The notes under the pieces are model-generated. The model searched no databases. It was not told where the DNA came from and worked only from the letters and a program-made list of their open reading frames with translations. A stretch of 22,609 nt of DNA from Phycisphaerales bacterium (GTDB lineage: Bacteria > Planctomycetota > Phycisphaerae > UBA1845), in contig CP070718.1 of NCBI GenBank assembly GCA_020350565.1, positions 1,496,863-1,519,471 of the forward strand, written 5' to 3'. Made by a program: the position numbers and the translations under genes. Below, piece by piece: positions 8,114 through 15,837 of the stretch (positions within the stretch are counted from its first letter, which is position 1; each line of letters starts with the position of its first letter).

Positions 8114-10085
8114 GGCTCCGCTCCTTCTCATTGGCCTCGGCTTCACGGATGCGCTTTTGGATGTTTGGCGGCAAATTGGGAATGTATTTCTCCGGATCGG
8201 CCTTGAACTTCTTGTCGCAGCCCCAGCAGCAGAAGTAGACTTTCACGCCCTTGTACTCGATGAACACGTCTTCCTGAATCGGGTTGCCCATCACCGGACA
8301 GAGAACCTGCGTGGTCGAATCCGTGGAGGTTTCCTCCGACGGGCGCTGACCGTGATCATGAGGGCGGACCGACGGTCCGTCCTCCCATCCGCGTGCGTTG
8401 AAGAGGCTCGGTTTTCCCGCCAACTGCATCTGGCTGTCGATGGCGAAGTTGCCGCGCACGACGACCGGTTCGCCTTCACTCAGGCCCGACAACACGGGAA
8501 AAAACTCGCCGCCGGACTCGTCCTGGGCTAGCGGACCGACCACAACTTCCACGCCACGGTAGACACCTTGCCTGGCCTCGACGTAAACGATCGAGCGCTC
8601 GCCCGTTTGCATAACCGACTGGCGAGGCACGCTGAGCAGCTCGACGGCCCGACCGGCAGTCCTGTAGCCCGGCAAGGACTCCATCGGAACCATGGCCATC
8701 TCGCAGATCGGACACGATTCGAGCTCATCCGCAGTCTCCCAGGGATGCATCGGGCAGGCGAAAGAGGCTTCGGGTGCCGGGCTCGTGGCACGTGCCCCCT
8801 CCCCCATGGCCGCTGCGATCTCCGCCGTCACGAACATCTCCGGCTTGAGCTTGCGCTGCGGGTTCTGAACATTGACCCGGACCGTGATCGTACGCGTCAC
8901 TGGATCCACAACCGGGTCCACAAACGCGATGTATCCCTCGAAGGATTCGCCGGGCAGTGCCTCCGCGGTCACCCTCACGCCCTGAAAAGGCCGAATCCAC
9001 GGGAGGTCGGCCTCATAAACATCGAGCATCAACCAGACCTGCGTCAGGTCGGCAATCTCATAGAGCAGATCGCCGGTCTTCACGTACATCCCCTCCATGG
9101 CCCGCTTCTCAACAATGGTTCCGCCGATGGGCGCGTATACGACAAGGTGCGTTTGAGGCTCGCCGGCCTTGCCCACCATGTCGATCTGCTGCTGGGTCAG
9201 GCCCAGCAACTCCAGCTTCCGCCTGGCCGAACGCTCGAGCCGCTCAGCGCTGCGCCGCGACATATCGAGCACTTCATTGCCATCCGCTTTAACGGCCCGA
9301 ACCGCCTGCAGGTACTCCTCCTGGGCGGAAAGCAGCTCCGGACTGTAGATCTCAACGAGATGATCACCCTTTTCCACCTGCATGCCTCGAAAGTCGGCGA
9401 ACAGGCGGTCGATGCGCCCACCGATCCAGGCGCTGACCATCTTGTGCCGAGTCTCGTCGTAGCCGATCTTGCCGACCGTGCGGATGCGTTTGTAGAGATG
9501 TCGCCGCGTCGCAGGCTCCGTGGCCAGTTCGGCCAACCGTCGTGCCCGCTCACTCAGGCTGATTTCAAAGTCGCTCGTCTCATGACCGACGTCGGTGAGC
9601 ACCGGCTCGCGCTTCATGCCGCAGACCGGGCAGCGGCTGTTCGGATCAGCACTGCCCACATCTCCGCATTCGGGCATCGTGCAGCGATACCACGCTTTCG
9701 GCTTTTCGCTCGTCGGCGGGGCCTGCGCATCACGATGTGCCCCACCTGCCCCGCCATGCACATGGCCAACGGATGCCACGGGCATGACACCCGGTTCCTC
9801 GCTGCCCGCGTACTTGGGCACGAGCCCCATGCCGCAGATCGGGCACGAACCTGAAACATCCTGTTTGATCTGAGGATGCATGGTACAGGTGTAGTACTCG
9901 ATGTGAGGTGGATGCTCCGCACCGTGATCCGCTGCCGCGGTCATCGGGGGCAGCCTTAGCGCAACGTCGCTCAGCCGCCACGCGGCCCATCCCAAAGTGA
10001 CAGTCAAGACGATCAAGACAAACGCCCATCGCCACATCAGCCGGCTGAGGGCCGTCGCGTACGGTCTGGATTCTCTCTTGCTCAT
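8106..10085 (-). CDS. cusB: efflux RND periplasmic adaptor (CusB/CzcB-like membrane fusion protein) with three heavy-metal-binding zinc-ribbon domains and a C-terminal YHS domain
   Basis: An N-terminal TM anchor is present. HMBD-like motifs are YYTCTMHPQI...CPICGM, WYRCTMPECG...CPVCGM and FACPMHPWET...CPICEM. The HlyD/MFP core includes IYSPELLSAQEEYLQA and VYAPIGGTIVEK. The C-terminus CPVMGNPIQEDVFIEYKGVKVYFCCWGCDKKFKADPEKY matches the YHS domain consensus. The start codon lies 2 nt after the outer-membrane-factor stop. Confidence 0.85.
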   Translation of the reverse strand: MSKRESRPYATALSRLMWRWAFVLIVLTVTLGWAAWRLSDVALRLPPMTAAADHGAEHPPHIEYYTCTMHPQIKQDVSGSCPICGMGLVPKYAGSEEPGVMPVASVGHVHGGAGGAHRDAQAPPTSEKPKAWYRCTMPECGDVGSADPNSRCPVCGMKREPVLTDVGHETSDFEISLSERARRLAELATEPATRRHLYKRIRTVGKIGYDETRHKMVSAWIGGRIDRLFADFRGMQVEKGDHLVEIYSPELLSAQEEYLQAVRAVKADGNEVLDMSRRSAERLERSARRKLELLGLTQQQIDMVGKAGEPQTHLVVYAPIGGTIVEKRAMEGMYVKTGDLLYEIADLTQVWLMLDVYEADLPWIRPFQGVRVTAEALPGESFEGYIAFVDPVVDPVTRTITVRVNVQNPQRKLKPEMFVTAEIAAAMGEGARATSPAPEASFACPMHPWETADELESCPICEMAMVPMESLPGYRTAGRAVELLSVPRQSVMQTGERSIVYVEARQGVYRGVEVVVGPLAQDESGGEFFPVLSGLSEGEPVVVRGNFAIDSQMQLAGKPSLFNARGWEDGPSVRPHDHGQRPSEETSTDSTTQVLCPVMGNPIQEDVFIEYKGVKVYFCCWGCDKKFKADPEKYIPNLPPNIQKRIREAEANEKERSRG

Positions 10086-10087
10086 GA

Positions 10088-11626
10088 CTATTCCTCACTG
10101 GCATTCGGCGCCGAAGCGGGTCTCGTGCCGATCAACTGCACACCGACCTCCCTCTGGAGATCAGAAAGCGCGTTTTGCAGGCTCACCGCGTGCCGGTGCC
10201 GTTTGAACTGAAAGTCGAGCCAACGACGCCAGTTTTCGATGACGGTCAGGAAATCGGTCCGCCCGGCCTGATAGGAAGTCACCGAGACCTCATACGTCTG
10301 TCGGGCCTTGGGCGTCAACGTCGACTCCAACAGACGGAGCGAATCCTGCTCGGTCTGCACCCGAGTCCACGCGTCGTAAACATGGAAGGCAACCTGGTTT
10401 CGCGAGGCGCGGATTTCGTGTTCCGTTTCCCTTTGCCTGATCCGGGCCTCGCGCTTGGCGGCCTCGACACGGTCGAACCAGAGTGGAACGTTGAACTGCA
10501 CGCTGATGGCCCAGTTGTCGTCGCCCGCCTCACTCTTACGGTTGTAAGGCGGTCTTCGCCCCGTTTGCGGATTGATCGGCGGCTTGAACGCCGAACGCGG
10601 ATCCACATATGTCCATTCGACGCCCAGGGTGACGTCCGGCCAATACCCAAGCTTCGCGTGGGCCAGCCGTTCCTCGTCGCGTTCCTTCTGACGCCGCAGC
10701 CGTGCCAGTTCAGGGTTGTGATCTTCCGCCAGTTGAATCAGCTTTTCGGCCTGCAGGTCAAGTGCCTGTCGCAGCATCGGCTCGGTGAGCGGAACAGGCG
10801 TTTCCGGATCGCGATCGAGCAACCTGTTCAGGGCCGCCGCGCCGGAGTCGCGCCGCCCGCGCTCACGGTTCTCGCTGTCGATCAGCTCCGCCAACTCGGT
10901 CTGAACGCGCAGCAGATCCTCTTGCGACACGCTCCCGCCCTCGTACTGCGCCTGTACGACGCCCTCAAGCTGCTCCAGCAGCGCTCGATTTGCCGCAATC
11001 AGTTCGATGGACCGATCGGCAAGGTAGACGGCGTAATAGGCGTGCTCCACGTCGGCGATGACGCGCAGCCGGACGGCGTTGAGTCGCTCAATGGCCATGC
11101 GAACCTCGGCCACAGCTGCCAGCCCGGCGCGCTTGAGCTTCGCGGGCAACGGAAACATCTGCCCGACACCGAGCGTGAAGTACATGTCACCGGCGGCCGT
11201 CTGGATGGGCTCGGGCCGGGCGATCGCACGCAAAAACGGATCAGGCAGCGACGTAACCTGGGGGATCCGCTCCAAGGCGGCTTCGACATTGGCGATTGCA
11301 GCGCTAACGGTTGGATTCCGCTCAAGCGCCTCCTCGATATAAGCACCCAACGCGCCCGGTGGACGAGATTCCGTGACATCCCGTGTTGCTACCGGCGCTT
11401 GGGCCGACCCGGCTGCGTCGCCGTCGATTGGCTCCTGAGGAGTATTTGCCAACGGCTCCTGATACGAAGGGCGGTGCCACGTGCTGACCGCCGTAGACAC
11501 CTCCTGCGCTGCAGATTGATACATGGAGCAGCCGCCTGCGAACAGCAGAGCGCAAACAACCAGAAGCTGGTTGCGAACACCCATAGCCGAGACCTTCGGA
11601 ATCAGTGTGAGAGGCTCTCTCTTCAT
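10088..11626 (-). CDS. cusC: TolC-family outer membrane efflux factor (CusC/CzcC-like lipoprotein)
   Basis: A lipoprotein signal is present (LLVVCALLFAGGCS). The protein is about 500 aa and shows the repeated coiled-coil and beta-barrel pattern typical of outer-membrane factors. An AAGGA sequence lies 7 nt upstream of the ATG at 11626. It is immediately followed by the adaptor gene. Confidence 0.8.
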   Translation of the reverse strand: MKREPLTLIPKVSAMGVRNQLLVVCALLFAGGCSMYQSAAQEVSTAVSTWHRPSYQEPLANTPQEPIDGDAAGSAQAPVATRDVTESRPPGALGAYIEEALERNPTVSAAIANVEAALERIPQVTSLPDPFLRAIARPEPIQTAAGDMYFTLGVGQMFPLPAKLKRAGLAAVAEVRMAIERLNAVRLRVIADVEHAYYAVYLADRSIELIAANRALLEQLEGVVQAQYEGGSVSQEDLLRVQTELAELIDSENRERGRRDSGAAALNRLLDRDPETPVPLTEPMLRQALDLQAEKLIQLAEDHNPELARLRRQKERDEERLAHAKLGYWPDVTLGVEWTYVDPRSAFKPPINPQTGRRPPYNRKSEAGDDNWAISVQFNVPLWFDRVEAAKREARIRQRETEHEIRASRNQVAFHVYDAWTRVQTEQDSLRLLESTLTPKARQTYEVSVTSYQAGRTDFLTVIENWRRWLDFQFKRHRHAVSLQNALSDLQREVGVQLIGTRPASAPNASEE

Positions 11627-11737
11627 CTTTCGATCCTTCTGATTTGCTCATCCGACGCGCCGCGCGGGCGCATGCGAGGTCATGATTTCGATTGTGGCCG
11701 GGGAGCTTGTCGGCCCCATGTCGGCAGCATATGCCGG

Positions 11738-11749
11738 GTGAGGCCTCAC
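11738..11749. promoter_or_regulatory. perfect 12-bp palindrome GTGAGGCCTCAC in the 170-bp gap between the Cys-rich ORF and cusC; candidate operator or small terminator hairpin
   Basis: The sequence is self-complementary as read directly. It is flanked by GC-rich partial repeats (GAGGCC / GGCCTC). No function can be assigned from sequence alone. Confidence 0.25.
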
Positions 11750-11796
11750 TCAAAGCGCGCGGCCTCGCCATGCATCACCGCCTCGCGGACGGGAAA

Positions 11797-12225
11797 TCAG
11801 ATCAGCAGAACGAAGGTCGAAACGAAGGCTGTTTCGGACGGGGGTGAATGAGCGGCCGGAACGATCGCCACTGGACAGTCCGCTTCCGCAGACGAACAGG
11901 TACCGGCGGCCAAGGCGACGCAGATCAGCCTGGTCGGCCTCTCGGTTTGACCGAAGCCTGAAGCCGGCGGCAACATGGGCACGCTATCACAGGCACAGAC
12001 TTGCGGCACCGGTTCGGGCTCCGACTCACCACGACGGACCGGTGCGCAGCCGCACGGGCATTTTCCCACCTCGCAGCAGCAGCAGCGCGTGGGCTGGCCG
12101 GCAGGCGCAGTCGTCATGGAGCCCAGACCCGGAAGGGCCGTCATCTGGGCAAACACGAAGCCGGCGATCGCAACCCAGTTCCCGAAGCCCATCACCTTAC
12201 TGAAGTCCCTCTTGAAGCCGCCCAT
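11797..12225 (-). CDS. candidate small cysteine-rich membrane-anchored protein (Cys cluster CCCCEVGKCPCGC) at the head of the efflux operon
   Basis: A minus-strand ORF with GC3 consistent with neighbouring genes, which begins with a hydrophobic N-terminal helix (MGFGNWVAIAGFVFAQMTALPGLG). A dense Cys cluster follows (CCCCEVGKCPCGCAP...VCACDS...TCSS...DCP), and it sits upstream of and co-directional with cusCBA. The track start at 12246 is a TTG, so ATG 12225 or ATG 12192 are more likely. No strong RBS is present. It could still be a shadow ORF. Confidence 0.35.
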   Translation of the reverse strand: MGGFKRDFSKVMGFGNWVAIAGFVFAQMTALPGLGSMTTAPAGQPTRCCCCEVGKCPCGCAPVRRGESEPEPVPQVCACDSVPMLPPASGFGQTERPTRLICVALAAGTCSSAEADCPVAIVPAAHSPPSETAFVSTFVLLI

Positions 12226-12442
12226 TCGAATGGCCGATTCTGTCAATCAACTTCTGTATTAAACGTCACATGACGACGGCAAGTGAATGTTATGTCCCGC
12301 GGCTGTGCCGTTCAAGGACACTTCCAGCCCTTGTTACAGGACCGTACCAATCGAGCGAGCGCTCCCGGCCCGATAATTTCGTTCCGTCAATCGCGTCGAA
12401 GGACCGGCTTCGCCAATGCCGCGCGTCCGTCCCTTTGTGCAC

Positions 12443-13351
12443 CTACGGCCCTGCGGACGGATCGGACGTCGCCGAGGGGCGCAAGGAAACCGCCTCGGAA
12501 TCGTCAAGCAGCTCTATGCGGCCGCTCAGGCGCAAGACCAGGTGACGCGGCTCACTTAGCTGTTCCCCCGCCAGGTTGAATGCCAGCGGCTCGGAGAACA
12601 TCAGCACTCGATCGAGGTCATTGCCCTGGGAAATGGGCATGGCACGGAATGTAAGCTTGTCGGACAGCTCGAATCCGTGCGGCAGCGAATGTCCCACCAA
12701 GGCCTCGATGCTCTCGGGCCACTTATTGAAATCCCGATAGTATGCCTGTGTCGCGTGGAAGACCTGCTCCATCTCCTTAGCCAGCCTCTGGGGCTCACCT
12801 TCGGGCAGGTCGGCGAATGGAACCGCCGGTGCAGCGGCTTGCGCTCTTCTCTGTGCTCTTCGAAAGACGTAGAGACCCAGCACGTTCAGCACGACCAGCC
12901 CGATCATGACCGCAACGATCACTCGATCAACCGCGCGTCGTCGGCCGAGAGAGCGCCTGCTCTTCGTCAAGGGACCCGCCGTGGCCGCATCGAACGCCTC
13001 ACCGCACTCCGGGCAGCGCGCGTCAATCTGTCCCTGCAAGTCATACCCGCAACGCCGGCAGCGGTGTCCGGTCCGCTCGATCACCACGACACTATCAAGA
13101 AAGTAGAGCACCACGCCGATCGCGATGATGATGGACGGCATCACGTGCTGGTAGTTCAAGCCGACGCGGCGCGAAATGAAGATGATCAAAAACGGAACAA
13201 CACCGCACATCGCCGCGCCGAGGAGGCGGCGTTTAACGTTGATGCCCAGCACGGAACCGCACTGCGCGCACTCCCACCGCGACCACAGCGTTTTCGTGAA
13301 GGTCCCCAGAAAGGGAATCCTCACGCGACAATTGGGACATTCCGCCGGCAT
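12443..13351 (-). CDS. zinc-ribbon domain polytopic membrane protein, paralog-like to 2005..2493
   Basis: The first ribbon is CPNCRVRIPF...CAQCG. Two TM helices follow, then a second ribbon CRRCGYDLQGQIDARCPECG, which shares the CxxCGY[DN]LxG...RCPECG motif with the 2005..2493 protein. A third TM and a C-terminal soluble domain of about 150 aa complete the protein. Confidence 0.6.
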   Translation of the reverse strand: MPAECPNCRVRIPFLGTFTKTLWSRWECAQCGSVLGINVKRRLLGAAMCGVVPFLIIFISRRVGLNYQHVMPSIIIAIGVVLYFLDSVVVIERTGHRCRRCGYDLQGQIDARCPECGEAFDAATAGPLTKSRRSLGRRRAVDRVIVAVMIGLVVLNVLGLYVFRRAQRRAQAAAPAVPFADLPEGEPQRLAKEMEQVFHATQAYYRDFNKWPESIEALVGHSLPHGFELSDKLTFRAMPISQGNDLDRVLMFSEPLAFNLAGEQLSEPRHLVLRLSGRIELLDDSEAVSLRPSATSDPSAGP

Positions 13352-13448
13352 GGCAACTCGTTCAGACCGTCCGGACCCCGGTCACCTCCATTGCGGCGCA
13401 TGAATCCTACCGGTGCTGCGCAAACGGTTCAAAGCCTTTCGATCAGCC

Positions 13449-13473
13449 TTGAAAATCGCGGCCCGAAGGACCG
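13449..13473 (-). terminator. candidate intrinsic terminator downstream of the LolA-like gene
   Basis: The minus strand reads CGGTCC-TTCG-GGGCCG (a 6-bp stem including one G-U pair) followed by CGATTTTC, a short U-tract. It lies 50 nt after the stop at 13523. Confidence 0.3.
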
Positions 13474-13522
13474 ACGGGGCCCTCGCACCGCAGGGAAACC
13501 CATCGGGCACCGTGCCGTACGG

Positions 13523-14371
13523 CTACGGTTGGACGTCTCCCTCTTCCTTCTCACCTTTCTGCTTGTCGACGATTTCCTGGATCTCAGGCGGAAGCTTGAA
13601 TCGATCGGGCGGAAGTTCCGCATTGTACTCGACGCTCTTGATCGTCATGACGCGCTCCTGCCCCATGACCTTCACGGTCACCCTGTGAGCCACAAGGGTC
13701 CCGTCCACTTCCTGGAAATCGCCGGCGTACGTCTCGAGCGGAACTTTGCCCATGGGGCTCTCGATGGTCACGTCGGTTCTCACCGGCAGAAACGTCTCCC
13801 GATCGACGTACATCGTCAGGGGTTCACCATCCTTGGGCGTCAGCACCACCTTGTAGCAATCCTTATCCGCAACCTGTTCTGTTCCGGTACACTCGGCTTT
13901 GGCATACACGTCTCTCCAGTACACAAGGAGCTGGAAGACGGCCTGCCGCAGCGTGTCGGCCTTCTGCTGGCCTTTATAGACCTGTGGGCCGGCCATGAGC
14001 GACACCTCCCATGCGACGTCGCCGCTGACACCTTTCTCGATCTTCCCGAACGCCTCCGACTCCATGAGGGTGTACATCAGGTTCGGTCTGGCCTGCCAGA
14101 TGGTCATATCCATCTTGATGCCGGCAGGGGCGATCTCGATCGTTCCTTTGATCACACTGTTGTCAATCTTGTCGAAGCGGGCCTTGCCTCCAGTGGCCTG
14201 GACGACCTTGTCCAGGACGAATTCCGCCTTCGGCAGATCATCCTTGGACGCTCCTAACGCCCGCTGCGCACCATAAGTCAGGACAACCGTACCGACGGCC
14301 ATGGCAACGCCCACCCAAATGGGCAGGCTCATGGCACAATACGACCGCTTTCTTCGTTCCCACGTCGTCAT
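13523..14371 (-). CDS. secreted LolA-like / outer-membrane lipoprotein-sorting-like beta-barrel protein (function uncertain)
   Basis: A signal peptide is present (MSLPIWVGVAMAVGTVVLTYGAQRALGA). The mature part has a LolA-like pattern (CYKVVLTPKDGEPLTMYVDRETFLPVRTDVTIESPMGKVPLETYAGDFQEVDGTLVAHRVTV). GGAGGTG lies 6 nt upstream of the ATG. Confidence 0.5.
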   Translation of the reverse strand: MTTWERRKRSYCAMSLPIWVGVAMAVGTVVLTYGAQRALGASKDDLPKAEFVLDKVVQATGGKARFDKIDNSVIKGTIEIAPAGIKMDMTIWQARPNLMYTLMESEAFGKIEKGVSGDVAWEVSLMAGPQVYKGQQKADTLRQAVFQLLVYWRDVYAKAECTGTEQVADKDCYKVVLTPKDGEPLTMYVDRETFLPVRTDVTIESPMGKVPLETYAGDFQEVDGTLVAHRVTVKVMGQERVMTIKSVEYNAELPPDRFKLPPEIQEIVDKQKGEKEEGDVQP

Positions 14372-14442
14372 CGCGTGATCACCTCCAGTTAAGTGAAATT
14401 TCGTTCAACCACTTTAACCAGCCGAGTCTCGCTGGCCATAGA

Positions 14443-15771
14443 TTACCGTTCCGTTCGCATCCATGCCAAGGCGGACTCGAGCACAAGATCTCTTCCTGCA
14501 AGTAATGCCTCCCTCGTCGGCACGACCGGAACATCCGGGCTCACCCCTTTGCCTTCCAGCGCCTCGCCGCCCCGGGAAATGTAATTGGCGAATGCGTACT
14601 GAAAGCCGTCACCGTTAGGTAGCCGCTCGATCTCACTGGGCAGCGCCGCTCCGGGTGTCCGCGACCCGAAAATCCGCGCGCGGCCGAGATCTTTCAGCCC
14701 ACCGGCGAAGATTTCCGAAGACGATCCGGACAACCCATCAACCAGTATTGCGAGCGGACCTGTAAAAGCATTCGCCCGCGCGTTGATGATCGCCTTGAGT
14801 TCGTTGTCTCGGAAGTGCAGCGTGCCCAGGTAACGATCCTCCTCGGCAATGAACCAGCCCGCCATGCCCATGGCCTGCCCGATGATGCCGCCGCTGTTGC
14901 CTCTCAAATCGATGACGACACCGTCGGCCTCGTTGTACGAGGCCATGGCCTTGTTGAACACCGGCATCACGTGCACCGGGTCCATGAACTGGTTGAAGGC
15001 GGCGTATCCGATGCTGTCGTCAATCAGGCGCGTCTCGATCCATACGTAAAACGGCGGATAGGTGCCAATCTGAAATCGCCGGCCTCTCCTCTCGGCGAGT
15101 CCCAGCTCCAACTCAACCGGTTGGGACTGACCATCGCTGAACGTTACATCCACGGTCTCTCCAATCGAACCGACCAGTCGGGATTGGACGACCGACGCCA
15201 GCATAGCGTCCTTGTAGGTGCTTTCAGCGAACTCCTCGGCCACTGCTTCGAGCCTCGGCGCGAGATCCTCCTGGTTGACCCGCAGGATCTGCCAGCCGGG
15301 TCGCACGCCGGCCTGCGCCGCCGACGATCCTTCGTCCACGGACGTCACCAGCGCGCACCCATCAACAACGCGGACATCCAGACCCGCTGTTCCATCGATT
15401 GGACCCGAGCTGCCGGGCCGATCCACGCTCTCGTAAATGAATGCCGGAATAATCGCAAAGTGCGATTGCCCCAACCGTGCAATCATCTCCCGCATGGCCG
15501 CCCGCGCTTGAGACACCGATTCCGCCTGCTCCACCTGGGGGCGCAATTCGTCGCGAATCGCCTCCCAGTCCAAGCCCCCCAGCTCGGGATCGAAATGTTT
15601 GTCGCGGATGGTCGTCCATACATGGTCAAAAGATTCGAGGTTGACCTGCCGTTGCTCGGGTGTGAGCGCAGGCCGCGGTTCCTTCGCAGCCGTCGCGCAC
15701 CCCCCCAGTGCCAGGCCTGCCACCAGAAGAAACGTCATCTTCAACAAGGCTGTGCAGCGTGGGATCATCAT
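14443..15771 (-). CDS. S41-family serine peptidase (C-terminal-processing-protease-like), lipoprotein
   Basis: A lipobox is present (LVAGLALGGCA). There is an N-terminal helical domain (DHVWTTIRDKHFDPELGGLDWEAIRDEL) and a PDZ-like middle region. The S41 catalytic region is AILVDGLSGSSSEIFAGGLKDLGRARIFGSRTPGA. Confidence 0.85.
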   Translation of the reverse strand: MMIPRCTALLKMTFLLVAGLALGGCATAAKEPRPALTPEQRQVNLESFDHVWTTIRDKHFDPELGGLDWEAIRDELRPQVEQAESVSQARAAMREMIARLGQSHFAIIPAFIYESVDRPGSSGPIDGTAGLDVRVVDGCALVTSVDEGSSAAQAGVRPGWQILRVNQEDLAPRLEAVAEEFAESTYKDAMLASVVQSRLVGSIGETVDVTFSDGQSQPVELELGLAERRGRRFQIGTYPPFYVWIETRLIDDSIGYAAFNQFMDPVHVMPVFNKAMASYNEADGVVIDLRGNSGGIIGQAMGMAGWFIAEEDRYLGTLHFRDNELKAIINARANAFTGPLAILVDGLSGSSSEIFAGGLKDLGRARIFGSRTPGAALPSEIERLPNGDGFQYAFANYISRGGEALEGKGVSPDVPVVPTREALLAGRDLVLESALAWMRTER

Positions 15772-15837
15772 TCTCTCCTGAAACGAGCCGAGCGGTTCAG
15801 GACACCTCGGAAAGCCTGCCTGACCCGCGGGATTTCG

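Noticed and set aside
8568-9854. 428-aa plus-strand ORF
   Set aside because: It is antisense to the adaptor gene, whose HMBD and YHS motifs are only on the minus strand.
10175-11851. 558-aa plus-strand ORF
   Set aside because: It is antisense to the TolC-family outer-membrane-factor gene. The sequence is Arg-rich and low-complexity, and the minus-strand frame has the lipoprotein signal, the RBS and the homology.
12677-14257. 526-aa plus-strand ORF
   Set aside because: It is antisense to the zinc-ribbon membrane protein and the LolA-like gene. The minus-strand products have signal peptides, ribbons and TM helices, while the plus frame is His/Arg/Asp-rich junk.
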